A stretch of 25,356 bases of DNA from a virus (IMGVR_UViG_3300025327_000147:1-25356); one strand, 5' to 3'; positions 1-8,023 are shown, numbered from the stretch's first letter. Numbers and translations are program-made. Notes: generated by a model from the letters alone, not told the origin.

Positions 1-591
1 ATCCGTGCCACTATCCGCACGATTGATCGAAGTCCAGCCGGATGGCATGGTAATCGATGCAGCCGTTCCACCGCGCACCGTGACTTGGCTGACCAGTATA
101 TCACTCGCCGATGTGCCAGGCGGGACAGTGAGAATCAGTGAAGCTGAACCACCGCCATTCGTATCACTGGCCGATGAACGCCACACGACGCCGAGGATGC
201 TGCCCGCCGCCGTCAGGCTGCCGAAGGCGTCCAGCGCGGCGCTATCGCGCTGCGTCAACTGGCCGTCGGCTGTCAGCGAGCCAAATCCAGACAGGCTTGC
301 CGCTCCTGGCTGGATCTGGCCGCCCAGCGACCCCTCGGCGCTCAGGCTACCGAAAGCGGCGAATGCAATGTCCGCGCGGACAATCAGCGCCGCATCCGTC
401 GTCAGCGAGCCGAATGCGGCCAGGGCTGTGTCGGAGCGTTGCGTTATTTGTGCGTCAGTTGTTAAAGAGCCAAAGGCTGCAAGTGCAGCCGATCCTTGGA
501 TGAGTTCTGGCGGTGATGGAGCAAGAGGCGCAACGACACTGCGTATGCGCTGCGAAGGTCGCGGCGGCGCTCGGAATACGTGGCCCGCCAC
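1..591 (-). CDS. Virion fibre/adhesin-like protein with ~20-aa repeats (runs off the left edge; absent from ORF track)
   Basis: Translated by hand from GTG at 591: MAGHVFRAPP..., five (L/F)xxFGSL(T/S) repeats, then LTVPPGTSASDILVSQV...ITMPSGWT, typical of beta-sandwich virion domains; open to position 1. Confidence 0.7.
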   Translation of the reverse strand, partial: MAGHVFRAPPRPSQRIRSVVAPLAPSPPELIQGSAALAAFGSLTTDAQITQRSDTALAAFGSLTTDAALIVRADIAFAAFGSLSAEGSLGGQIQPGAASLSGFGSLTADGQLTQRDSAALDAFGSLTAAGSILGVVWRSSASDTNGGGSASLILTVPPGTSASDILVSQVTVRGGTAASITMPSGWTSINRADSGTD

Positions 592-595
592 ATCT

Positions 596-928
596 CTACT
601 CCCGCTCGGACCAGGTGATGCCGGCGTTCAGCGACGAGGCGTTGAACGGCGCGACAGGCAGATCGAGCGACAGCGCGCAGCCGGGCGGCACGACGATCCG
701 CTCCTCCGGGACGGGCAGGTACAGATACCCATTCAGGACATTGAATGTGTCGCGGATAATCACGTCGCCCGCCGTCAGGCGCACCTGGAGCGCGCAGCTT
801 GTCACGGTGCACACGCTGGCCCAGGCGCGCAGGATCTTGAGCGCCGCGTTGCTGGGCGCGTTCAGCTGCACCAGCGTCGCCGCGCTGCTGACGGATGTCG
901 CGTCAAGTCGTGCTGTATAGACTGGCAT
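596..928 (-). CDS. Putative virion structural protein, 110 aa
   Basis: ORF tightly packed between neighbours; beta-rich with FNVLNGYLYLPVPEERI segment; late-operon position. Confidence 0.65.
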   Translation of the reverse strand: MPVYTARLDATSVSSAATLVQLNAPSNAALKILRAWASVCTVTSCALQVRLTAGDVIIRDTFNVLNGYLYLPVPEERIVVPPGCALSLDLPVAPFNASSLNAGITWSERE

Positions 929-931
929 ATT

Positions 932-1654
932 TCACATCCTGTAATGCGGCAGGCGCTCAACTCGGCGGTGCGGGACAGTGACCGCTTCTTCTTCTCCAAC
1001 CGTCGCCTTCAACTCTGCGGCGATGCCGCCCCAGTCCACCGACGACGCCCAAGACGCCGACGACACGGTCTCGAAAGCATCCCCGCGATATTGCGAAAGG
1101 AGTCCACGATTGGGACCCACTCCCTGGAGGCTGTCAATCTCCGTCCAATTCGTACGCTCAAAAAGAGATGCATTCGCCAGGTTCCAGAAATATGCGATTG
1201 GTCGATTGTCGGGATGCGCCGCCGCCGCCAGGGCGATGCTGCCCGACGTATCCACGCCCGACGCCGAGGGCGTCTGCACGAAAGCCGCTGCAACGCCGCC
1301 AGACAGATCGACGCCCGATGCGGCAAGGAAGCTGACATCACAGTTGAGCTGCAGGACGCCCGCAAAATCGACCGTCGTCGATCCGGATACGCCTCCCGTG
1401 GCGTCTGCCGCGAAGAGCGTCGAGCGGCAGTCGCCGGCCTGGAATGTGTCTGTCTTGATCTGCGTCCAGGCCAGGTTGTTTCCGCACACCGTCGGCGGGC
1501 CATTGTTGCCAGCCGCCTCCCGGCTCGAGGCAAACGCGATAACCAATCCCGACCCGGGCGGCGTCCACGATGAATTCGTGTAAATGCAGGCATTCGCGCC
1601 GTTGTTAATGTCGGGATTGGCCGAGTTCCCCAGGTTGTCGATGGAAATCGCCAT
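932..1654 (-). CDS. Putative virion structural protein (Ser/Thr/Ala/Gly-rich beta-sandwich), 240 aa
   Basis: ORF starts just after upstream stop at 1656; composition and late-operon context. Confidence 0.65.
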   Translation of the reverse strand: MAISIDNLGNSANPDINNGANACIYTNSSWTPPGSGLVIAFASSREAAGNNGPPTVCGNNLAWTQIKTDTFQAGDCRSTLFAADATGGVSGSTTVDFAGVLQLNCDVSFLAASGVDLSGGVAAAFVQTPSASGVDTSGSIALAAAAHPDNRPIAYFWNLANASLFERTNWTEIDSLQGVGPNRGLLSQYRGDAFETVSSASWASSVDWGGIAAELKATVGEEEAVTVPHRRVERLPHYRM

Positions 1655-1655
1655 C

Positions 1656-2086
1656 TCAGGTGATTGTCAAATCCAGGCTGGACGCCGCGATCTCAAAGGT
1701 GTCATTCTGGTTCACGAGCCGCGACGTGTCTCAAACGTGTCGTTCTGGTTCACGAGCCGCGAAGTAGTCAGATTGCCATACCACAGCATATTCGTCGTGC
1801 AGGCAACGGTCGAGCCGTCCATCAGGATGACTGCCTTGACATTATAGGAGGCGGTGGCCTGCGGGAAGGTAATTGCGCTGGAGTTCTCGGTCGCGCCCGC
1901 CGCCGCCACGTCCCAGTTCACGACGCGCTGCCGGAGATAGCCCCCGCCGCTCACCTCGGAGCCCGGGCCGGTGTCCGCAGGGGAGCCGGAATCCAGACCG
2001 ACATATACGCACGGGCTGCTGTAGGTCCCGGTTCCGAACAGGTGATCTAACACTTCGTTCTCGAGGAAGTCGCTCAGTGCGCTCAT
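1656..2086 (-). CDS. Tail-fibre-associated structural protein, frameshifted by a 38-nt tandem duplication
   Basis: MSALSDFLENEVLDH...EVSGGGYLRQ...NSSAITFPQATA resembles a common phage structural family; removing one repeat copy restores ...NDTFEIAASSLDLTIT* ending at 1656. Confidence 0.7.
1691..1766. repeat. Imperfect 38-nt tandem duplication
   Basis: 1691-1728 vs 1729-1766, 4 mismatches, all at codon third positions. Confidence 0.95.
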
Positions 2087-2374
2087 TTATTGCTTCTCCT
2101 TCATCCAGACGATAGCGCAGCCGCCGGTCACGCCGGCGATGTAGATGCCGCATGGCGAGTTGAACGGCTGGGCGATGACTTCTGCCCGCCCCGGACATAG
2201 CGACATGGACAGGATTTCGCAGCCGCTCGTCGAGGCGTTGGTGCGATAGAACGTCGCTGAGCCGCTGGCGTTGGGCAGGGTGCGGAAGCCGAACCATATC
2301 CATCGATCAGCACTCCCGACGACGCAACCGGCAGACGCGAAAGTAGAGCCGGTGTTCGGCACTAAAATTGCCAT
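2087..2374 (-). CDS. Hypothetical virion protein, 95 aa, Cys-rich
   Basis: ORF abuts next gene (TAA then ATG); beta-rich. Confidence 0.6.
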   Translation of the reverse strand: MAILVPNTGSTFASAGCVVGSADRWIWFGFRTLPNASGSATFYRTNASTSGCEILSMSLCPGRAEVIAQPFNSPCGIYIAGVTGGCAIVWMKEKQ

Positions 2375-2427
2375 GATAACCTGCCTGTGGAGATTCGTGT
2401 CGGTTCAGCCATCGCCGATCCCGTCGT

Positions 2428-2500
2428 GGGCGGGCCGCTCGGAGCGCCAGGTCTGTGGTTAAGGAGAGTTTCCCCGGCGGCCCGCCCGAAAGGAGGAGAG
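2428..2500 (-). other. Intergenic stem-loop downstream of capsid genes
   Basis: Perfect 11-bp inverted repeat 2428-2438/2477-2487; CTCCTT tracts (minus strand) in the loop and 5' of the stem. Confidence 0.55.
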
Positions 2501-2508
2501 AAGAGGCT

Positions 2509-2958
2509 TTAGGATGTACTCACGGCGCACACTCCGCCGAGGCTCATGCAGTCCACGAACGCCTTCGTGGCCAAGCCAGACGCGTTCGTGGCGACGCTGG
2601 CCGAAAGCCAGCGGCCCTGGATGACGCCGCCGCCCGCGCTGGCCGGCACTTCCGCCGCGCCGACGCTCGACGAACGGATGAAGCGTCCGTTGCGGATGTC
2701 GCACGTCGCGGCGCAGCCCGTCAATTTCGTGACGCCGAAGATGCGGACGTAGGCCTTTGTCGCCGCGCCGGGCGCGTTCTGCAGGACGCCGATCGGCGCC
2801 GGATTGCTCGCGCCGGTCGCGGCGATGACCTCGCCCGCGATCGAGCCGGGCGCGACGAAATAATACCGTTTGCCCGTCAGAGATTCTGCGGCGGTGAAGA
2901 TCTCATCAATGGCCGCGCCCGCCGTGAAGTTGGCCTTGTTGCGGTAATTGATAGGCAT
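2509..2958 (-). CDS. Capsid cement/decoration protein (DUF2190-like), paralog 2
   Basis: ATGASNPAPIGVLQNAPGAATKAYVRIFGVTKL; GGAGGG RBS; directly after MCP. Confidence 0.75.
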   Translation of the reverse strand: MPINYRNKANFTAGAAIDEIFTAAESLTGKRYYFVAPGSIAGEVIAATGASNPAPIGVLQNAPGAATKAYVRIFGVTKLTGCAATCDIRNGRFIRSSSVGAAEVPASAGGGVIQGRWLSASVATNASGLATKAFVDCMSLGGVCAVSTS

Positions 2959-3000
2959 GTTGCCCTCCAGTCAGACGACCAGCGCATTAGGCGCCAGAGG

Positions 3001-3936
3001 TTATGCAGCCGACTTGATCAGGTACGCGGCATCGGTCGCGGTGAGCTTCGTGTCCCAACTTTGAGAGGCTTCTATGACGTCCTGCCTCTCCTGCTCTTCC
3101 CGGTATCGGTTGATGACCCGGTTCTTGTACGTGAATACGTAGCCCGCCGTCGGCTCCAGCAGCGACGGCTGCGCGGTCACGTAGGCCACGAGCAGGTGAT
3201 TTCCCCAGATGTAGGACAGTGAGCTTGCCGCGCCCTCGGCGGCGGTGTCCTCGATGGTCATGCCGATCAGGAGCCTGTCCAACTCGAACAGCGCCGCGAC
3301 CGCCTGGAGCGTCACGATGGCGGGCGAACTCGGGCCGGCGCTGTACTTTATCCTGACGCTCCAGGCGGCCACGATGTCGGGATGCTGCTTCAGATACCGC
3401 CACAGGCCGCGCCCCATCACGCCGACGTTCGGCATGTTGCCGATGCTCGAGACGACGTTGTTATGCGCCGTCTCCACATCCTCAATCGGCGTGGATGTGG
3501 CGTTGTCCCAGGTGGGGGAGGGGGTCGCGCTGGACGACCAGCCCGCGCCGAAGGCGTTGCCCGCGACTTCGCTCTCCAGTTCCAGTAGGATCTGCGCGGT
3601 CACGTAGTTCGTGGCGTCCTGCGCGGGCCTGAGCGGATTGTCCGCATTGTCCACGATCTCGTCCGGCACGCCCTTGGCGATGGCCTTCTCCGTGCAGACG
3701 TAGGAATCCGTGGTCAGGCCGTAGTCGCCACGGCTGGCGCGCGTGCCCATCGCGCGCGGCTCGGCTTCGCGCCGCAGCCAGTCGGCTTTGGTGTAGACGA
3801 AGAACTTGTCGGAGATCTTCGTTACCGGCACGCGCGGGAACACCTGCTCCGCGATGAATTTCGACGGTCGATACGCGATGCTGATGTTGGTCAGCGGCGT
3901 ATCGACATGAACTTGTGCATAAGTAGGCTTTGCCAT
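3001..3936 (-). CDS. Major capsid protein (lambda gpE-like family), 311 aa
   Basis: VHVDTPLTNISIAY...FIAEQVFPRVPV N-terminus, HPDI..RIKY, C-terminal AAYLIKSA; GAGGTG RBS; follows protease and cement gene. Confidence 0.88.
   Translation of the reverse strand: MAKPTYAQVHVDTPLTNISIAYRPSKFIAEQVFPRVPVTKISDKFFVYTKADWLRREAEPRAMGTRASRGDYGLTTDSYVCTEKAIAKGVPDEIVDNADNPLRPAQDATNYVTAQILLELESEVAGNAFGAGWSSSATPSPTWDNATSTPIEDVETAHNNVVSSIGNMPNVGVMGRGLWRYLKQHPDIVAAWSVRIKYSAGPSSPAIVTLQAVAALFELDRLLIGMTIEDTAAEGAASSLSYIWGNHLLVAYVTAQPSLLEPTAGYVFTYKNRVINRYREEQERQDVIEASQSWDTKLTATDAAYLIKSAA
3300..3368. repeat. Perfect 15-bp inverted repeat inside MCP gene
   Basis: ccgcctggagcgtca 3300-3314 / tgacgctccaggcgg 3354-3368. 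Confidence 0.95.
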
Positions 3937-3944
3937 GTCTCACC

Positions 3945-4370
3945 TCACGAGGCGCTCGGCGCGCAGCCGGTCGCGGCCAGGCAGTTGATGAAGGCGTTCC
4001 CGAAGCGGGACGCCGAAAGCGGCGCGCTCGTGTCGAGCCAGCGCCCCAGAGTCACTTCCTGAGCGGCGGCGACGCCGGCAGCCTGTCCGGACGCGTTCGC
4101 GGTCAGGAAGCGGCTCCAGGCCAGCGCGCAGGTGCCGTCGGTCACGGCGAAGACTTTCGTCATGCCGATGACGCGCACTTGCGCCTCCTGGCCCGCGCTC
4201 GGCGCATTCTGCAATACGCCGATGGGAACCGGGTTGCTCGCGCCCGTGGCGACTTTGACGTTGCCCGCCGTCGATGCGGCGGCGACGAAGTAGTATTGCA
4301 CCAGGGTCAGATCGACGTCGGCCTGAAAGCTGACGTCGCCATCGATGGATACTGCTTTATAGGTTGCCAT
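3945..4370 (-). CDS. Capsid cement/decoration protein (DUF2190-like), paralog 1
   Basis: ATGASNPVPIGVLQNAPSAGQEAQVRVIGMTKV; GAGGTG RBS; canonical position between scaffold and MCP. Confidence 0.78.
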   Translation of the reverse strand: MATYKAVSIDGDVSFQADVDLTLVQYYFVAAASTAGNVKVATGASNPVPIGVLQNAPSAGQEAQVRVIGMTKVFAVTDGTCALAWSRFLTANASGQAAGVAAAQEVTLGRWLDTSAPLSASRFGNAFINCLAATGCAPSAS

Positions 4371-4378
4371 GTTTCACC

Positions 4379-4945
4379 TCACCGCGCCTTGCGTTGGCGC
4401 ATGGTGTACTGGTGCGCCAGATCGGGCCGCTCTGCGCCGACGGCCTCCATCGCCTCGGCGTACTTCGCACGGTCGCCGGCGAACTTATCGGTCAGTTTCG
4501 CCTCGACCGCCGCCTCGAACGTATCGGCCTGCTCCTTCTGCGCGACCGACTTCTGGCCGAACAGATCGGCCTGCACCATTGCCTGATCGAGCGTGCCCAG
4601 CAGGCCGTCGAACCAGGTAAACAGGCTCGGCGCATCCTTGCGCTGCGCCTCCGGCAGCGCGGCGATGCGGGCGGCGTCCATTTCCTCCAGGGCCTGCAGC
4701 TTCTCGGCGATGGTCTCCGGCTTCTCCGGGATCGCCACGAACTGCTCGGCGCGCCGCAGAAGCTGGTCGCGCCGGCGTTGGCGCTTCATCTCGATAAGCT
4801 GCGTGGCGAAGGTGTCGGCCTCCGCAGCCTTCGTCTTGAGCGTGCCGACCTCGACCTCCAGCGCGTCGAGCTTGTCGGCTTTCGCCTTCAGTGCGGCGAA
4901 CTCATCCGCGCTGACAGCGGATTGTGGATTGGTCTTGTCCGTCAT
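4379..4945 (-). CDS. Nested in-frame scaffolding protein (internal start), 188 aa
   Basis: GGAGGG RBS before ATG at 4945 (MTDKTNPQ...); helical coiled coil; analogous to Mu gpZ and lambda Nu3. Confidence 0.55.
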   Translation of the reverse strand: MTDKTNPQSAVSADEFAALKAKADKLDALEVEVGTLKTKAAEADTFATQLIEMKRQRRRDQLLRRAEQFVAIPEKPETIAEKLQALEEMDAARIAALPEAQRKDAPSLFTWFDGLLGTLDQAMVQADLFGQKSVAQKEQADTFEAAVEAKLTDKFAGDRAKYAEAMEAVGAERPDLAHQYTMRQRKAR

Positions 4946-6066
4946 CTTTTCACCCTCCGGTATTACACTGTCCTTTTCGCTGACTTCGATTTCGCCCGTG
5001 CCGCCCGCGAGGCGTCGCGCCTTCGCGGCGACGCGCTCCTTCACATCGGCGGGCAAGCTGCTCTGTGGAATGCGCGCCAGAGCATTGCGCAGGTGGGGCA
5101 AGTCTGTCTTGCCGCCGGCGTCCTTGTAGGGGAAATGTCGCAGGCCGCGCGGCTTGGTCTTCCCACTCTCATCTTTTTCGCCACCCGATTCGATGTAAAG
5201 AAAACTGGAATCGGGCAGATCATTCATGAATGCGGCTGTCCAGACGGCGAAATCATCACTGTGGACTTTGCCGTCCGAGAATAGCGCGAGAATCTTGCTC
5301 ATGGCCTCTTTGAGCGCGTTCTTGGCCGTTTGCAGCGGCCCCGACAATTCTTCAACGTCCTCCATGCTATCGGCCAATCCGCTCACGGTCTCAAGCGCGC
5401 TCAGCAAACGATGACCATGTGCCTCCTCCATCGCCATCGGGTAATCGCCCATCATCTGCTCGACTACGCCCGGTTCGCTGAACAATGCAACATGCTTCCC
5501 GAAAAAGGGTCGGTTCGTCAGGGCGACATGCTCGATAACATTGTCGAACTGCCGACCCTGCTCTTCCAATCCACATAGGCCGAGCCGTTCTTGTCCCACA
5601 GCACGCCCGGCGAGACGAACTGGTACTCGCCGTCCTCGACGCTGGCCTTGCCCTTGTCGGTGTATTCCGGCACGGCGTACAGGCCATCGTCGCGCACCTC
5701 GACCGATGCGACGTTGCCCGCCTTCGGCGGATCGGGCTGCTCAGCGGTCGGATGGCCGAAATAAACTGGGACCTTCCAGCGCGGGCGCCCGCCCTCAAAA
5801 TTCGCGGCCATCTGCGCTAGGTCGTCTTTCGTGATGGTCAAGGTACGGTCGCCGCGCTTGAATGTGCCAAGCGGCATGACCCGAAACGGCTTGCCTGCCT
5901 GATACGCGAAAGGTTCAACCCATCGAATCATCGGTTCCTCGCTCATCTTCATGGACGCTCGGCACATCGCAATCGCGCGGCTCTTGCTGTGTCCCTGCGC
6001 CATGATCTTCTCAACGCAGGCGTCCAGTTTGGCTGATGCCGCATCACTCAGGCCAGGATACGGCAT
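4379..6066 (-). CDS. Mu gpI-like prohead protease/scaffold, frameshifted at ~5565
   Basis: GHP..KAG..VEVRDDGLYA..YTDKG....EYQFVSP in one frame continues as EHVALTNRPFF in another; removing 5 nt (5564-5568) joins them as AYVDEQG; coiled-coil C-terminus. Confidence 0.82.
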
Positions 6067-6356
6067 CAGAGCGTCTCCAACTCACGCTCGTACTCCGTCA
6101 GCCGGCCTGCCTTCGCCCGCCTCTCGGCGTCGTCGCGCTGCGCCCGGAAGCGCGCCGCCCGTCTGCGTCCCACCTGTGACTCGAGGCGCGCGTAGTTCGT
6201 GTGGTAGAAGCCCGGCGCGGCCAGGATGATGCGGGGCGGGCTGTAAACCTGCCGCGTCTCACAGCCGCAATCGGGACACGGCGGCAGCGCCTCAATCAGG
6301 CGCTTCTCAATTTCGCCAGTGTAGCCGCAGATGTTGCAGGTGATGTCGTAGCGCAT
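6066..6356 (-). CDS. FmdB-family zinc-ribbon protein, 96 aa
   Basis: YDITCNICG...PCPDCG....VYSPP......GFY pattern; TGATG overlap with protease gene. Confidence 0.78.
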   Translation of the reverse strand: MRYDITCNICGYTGEIEKRLIEALPPCPDCGCETRQVYSPPRIILAAPGFYHTNYARLESQVGRRRAARFRAQRDDAERRAKAGRLTEYERELETL

Positions 6357-6463
6357 GATATAAGTGCTAGTGTTGCCGTCCCCCAGCGAGACCCGAAAGC
6401 CCGACGCGGAGCAGGAATTGAATTCCCGGCAGTCCTATCTTTTACGCCAGAGCCACTCATAAT

Positions 6464-6498
6464 ACAAAAAGCCGCCGATCCGATGTGGATCGGCGGCT
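6464..6498 (-). terminator. Intrinsic terminator/attenuator
   Basis: AGCCGCCGATCC-acatc-GGATCGGCGGCT followed by TTTTGT. Confidence 0.8.
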
Positions 6499-6540
6499 GG
6501 ATTGCCGCCAGTACGCGCTGATGCGCCCAGTTATGCTGTC

Positions 6541-6569
6541 AGTTTATCAGATTAGGCGATTCGTGTCAA
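6541..6569 (-). promoter_or_regulatory. Sigma70-type promoter
   Basis: TTGACA-17 nt-TAAACT with extended -10 TG. Confidence 0.7.
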
Positions 6570-6574
6570 GGGAC

Positions 6575-6614
6575 ACAAAAAGCCGGCCAGGGGAGGATGC
6601 TCTCCCTGGCCGCT
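6575..6614 (-). terminator. Intrinsic terminator ending the portal/accessory transcript
   Basis: CGGCCAGGG...CCCTGGCCG stem followed by GCTTTTTGT, right after stop at 6620. Confidence 0.7.
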
Positions 6615-6619
6615 GGAAG

Positions 6620-6790
6620 CTAACTGTTCGGCGTGTTGTGTTCGCGCCTTTTCTGCGCGAACACCTCAGCCTCCTCCTTAGTATCGAACCAATCCGTTCG
6701 CGTATTCACGAATGAAGCAGCAGCCTCTTCCCATTCATCGGCGCTCCATACGCCGATGCTTCCGTGGTGTTCTGTTACCGCCCACTTCAT
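6620..6790 (-). CDS. Hypothetical protein, 56 aa (MKWAVTEHHG...FDTKEEAEVFAQ)
   Basis: Translated by hand; GGAGGT RBS; FxTxEEA motif common in small phage proteins. Confidence 0.65.
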   Translation of the reverse strand: MKWAVTEHHGSIGVWSADEWEEAAASFVNTRTDWFDTKEEAEVFAQKRREHNTPNS

Positions 6791-6791
6791 T

Positions 6792-6974
6792 TCACCTCCG
6801 CGCTATCACGGGCGCACCCGGCGGCAAGGCCGCAGCGCCGCTTACCATTATCTCTGGCGCAGCTTTGGGTTTCTGTTCGTCCAGAAGCGCGCGCAAGAGT
6901 CTAACTTCCCGTCTCAGCTTGTCGATCTCATCCTGATAGCTTCTCAGGATGCGCTCGTGATCTCGTTTGCGCAT
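6792..6974 (-). CDS. Small coiled-coil hypothetical protein, 60 aa
   Basis: MRKRDHERILRSYQDEIDKLRREVRLL; GGGAG RBS. Confidence 0.55.
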   Translation of the reverse strand: MRKRDHERILRSYQDEIDKLRREVRLLRALLDEQKPKAAPEIMVSGAAALPPGAPVIARR

Positions 6975-6975
6975 T

Positions 6976-7134
6976 TTATCTACTCCCGCGCGGCTTTCTG
7001 CTTTGAATCCGAGATTTGACGGCAGCAATCGTGGCCTCGACATCCGTCGCAAAGCCCTTCACCCGTCGCCCGCCGCCCCACTGATACGACCACTTATCGC
7101 CGTCATCGCTCCCACTCCACACGCGGAAGCCCAA
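6976..7134 (-). CDS. Small hypothetical protein or 5'-truncated gene
   Basis: Open frame ALIEGLQELGFRVWSGSDDGDKWSYQW...; only a TTG start at 7134; in-frame stop at 7165. Confidence 0.4.
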   Translation of the reverse strand: MGFRVWSGSDDGDKWSYQWGGGRRVKGFATDVEATIAAVKSRIQSRKPRGSR

Positions 7135-7266
7135 TTCCTGGAGGCCCTCGATGAGGGCATTCGGCTAAGCAAGTATTGAACATAATCTTTTTTATGAGAG
7201 GTTCCCGGTAGTATGTAAGAACCCAGCTATTTAGTCACTCAGCGCACGCAAGCTATATCGAATTAC

Positions 7267-7776
7267 TCAGTCCTCATCCTCTTTTTGCAATCGTCCAATG
7301 ATTTTGTTGAACAGTTCACCTATCTGCTCAATAAAAGCCGGGAACAGGCGGATGATCATGCCAAGCGAGGTGACTATCATGATCTCACTGCCCAACGTGT
7401 AGACGATTTCGCTTTCGACCAGTGCGACGGCCCACGCCTCGAATCCCAATCCGCTCGCTTTGTAAATGACATCAGTGGCGACATCGACGAGGTGCAATCC
7501 GGCGGTGATCAGAATCGCCCACCTTTTGTTTGTGTCGGTTGCAAACACATACATAAATCCGATCTGGCCGATCTGCGGCAGGAGCGCCACCAGGCCGATC
7601 ACCCACTCATTCACTTTCCGAGTCGGCAACTGTTGGTATCCGGCCAGGCTGGTGCTGTAATCCTCAATGAAGATTCCGACACCCACCACCAGCATAATCA
7701 CGAAAACCCCGAAGATCGGGATGACAAACGAGCTATTTTCAATTCGTTTTGCTGCTCTATGGAACACGTCAGACAC
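7267..7776 (-). CDS. Integral membrane protein (~4 TM), 169 aa
   Basis: Several hydrophobic stretches; GTG start at 7776 with GGAG upstream; lower GC than flanks. Confidence 0.65.
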   Translation of the reverse strand: MSDVFHRAAKRIENSSFVIPIFGVFVIMLVVGVGIFIEDYSTSLAGYQQLPTRKVNEWVIGLVALLPQIGQIGFMYVFATDTNKRWAILITAGLHLVDVATDVIYKASGLGFEAWAVALVESEIVYTLGSEIMIVTSLGMIIRLFPAFIEQIGELFNKIIGRLQKEDED

Positions 7777-8023
7777 GGCGCAATAGCTCCGAATACGCGA
7801 TCCGAGCCGACGCCACCAATGGCTCATCGAACGGAATCATCGCCACGACCTGCTCAGCCAGGAACCGCGGCAGCCATTCGTGCGTCACCGTCCCGTCTCG
7901 CAGCGTGCGAATGATGGCGACGGGCGGGCCGTAGTGAGCGGCAGCGGGCAGGATGTCTAAGCCGCGACCGCTTCCAGAGAACATCGACAATTCCCATCGC
8001 ATTCGACGCCATGCGACGGCCAT
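7769..8023 (-). CDS. Hypothetical protein, start uncertain
   Basis: Fills the gap after the portal stop; no clear start or RBS. Confidence 0.3.
   Translation of the reverse strand: MAVAWRRMRWELSMFSGSGRGLDILPAAAHYGPPVAIIRTLRDGTVTHEWLPRFLAEQVVAMIPFDEPLVASARIAYSELLRRV

Noticed and set aside
5-1573. Long plus-strand ORFs (522 aa here; also 9796-10896, 4364-5284, 14924-15856)
   Set aside because: They are antisense shadows of GC-rich minus-strand genes, with no motifs or RBS
1691-1766. Possible DGR template/variable repeat pair or mini-CRISPR
   Set aside because: Mismatches are synonymous and not adenine-specific on the coding strand; no spacer, reverse transcriptase or cas gene in the window
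3300-3368. Invertase-controlled invertible segment in the MCP gene
   Set aside because: Only 39 nt lie between the arms and no recombinase gene is visible
5555-5580. Programmed ribosomal frameshift in the protease (also considered for TerL)
   Set aside because: No slippery heptamer; the breaks fall inside catalytic domains and are explained by indels
6400-6460. tRNA-like element (GGAATTCAATTCC hairpin)
   Set aside because: I could not build acceptor, D or anticodon arms
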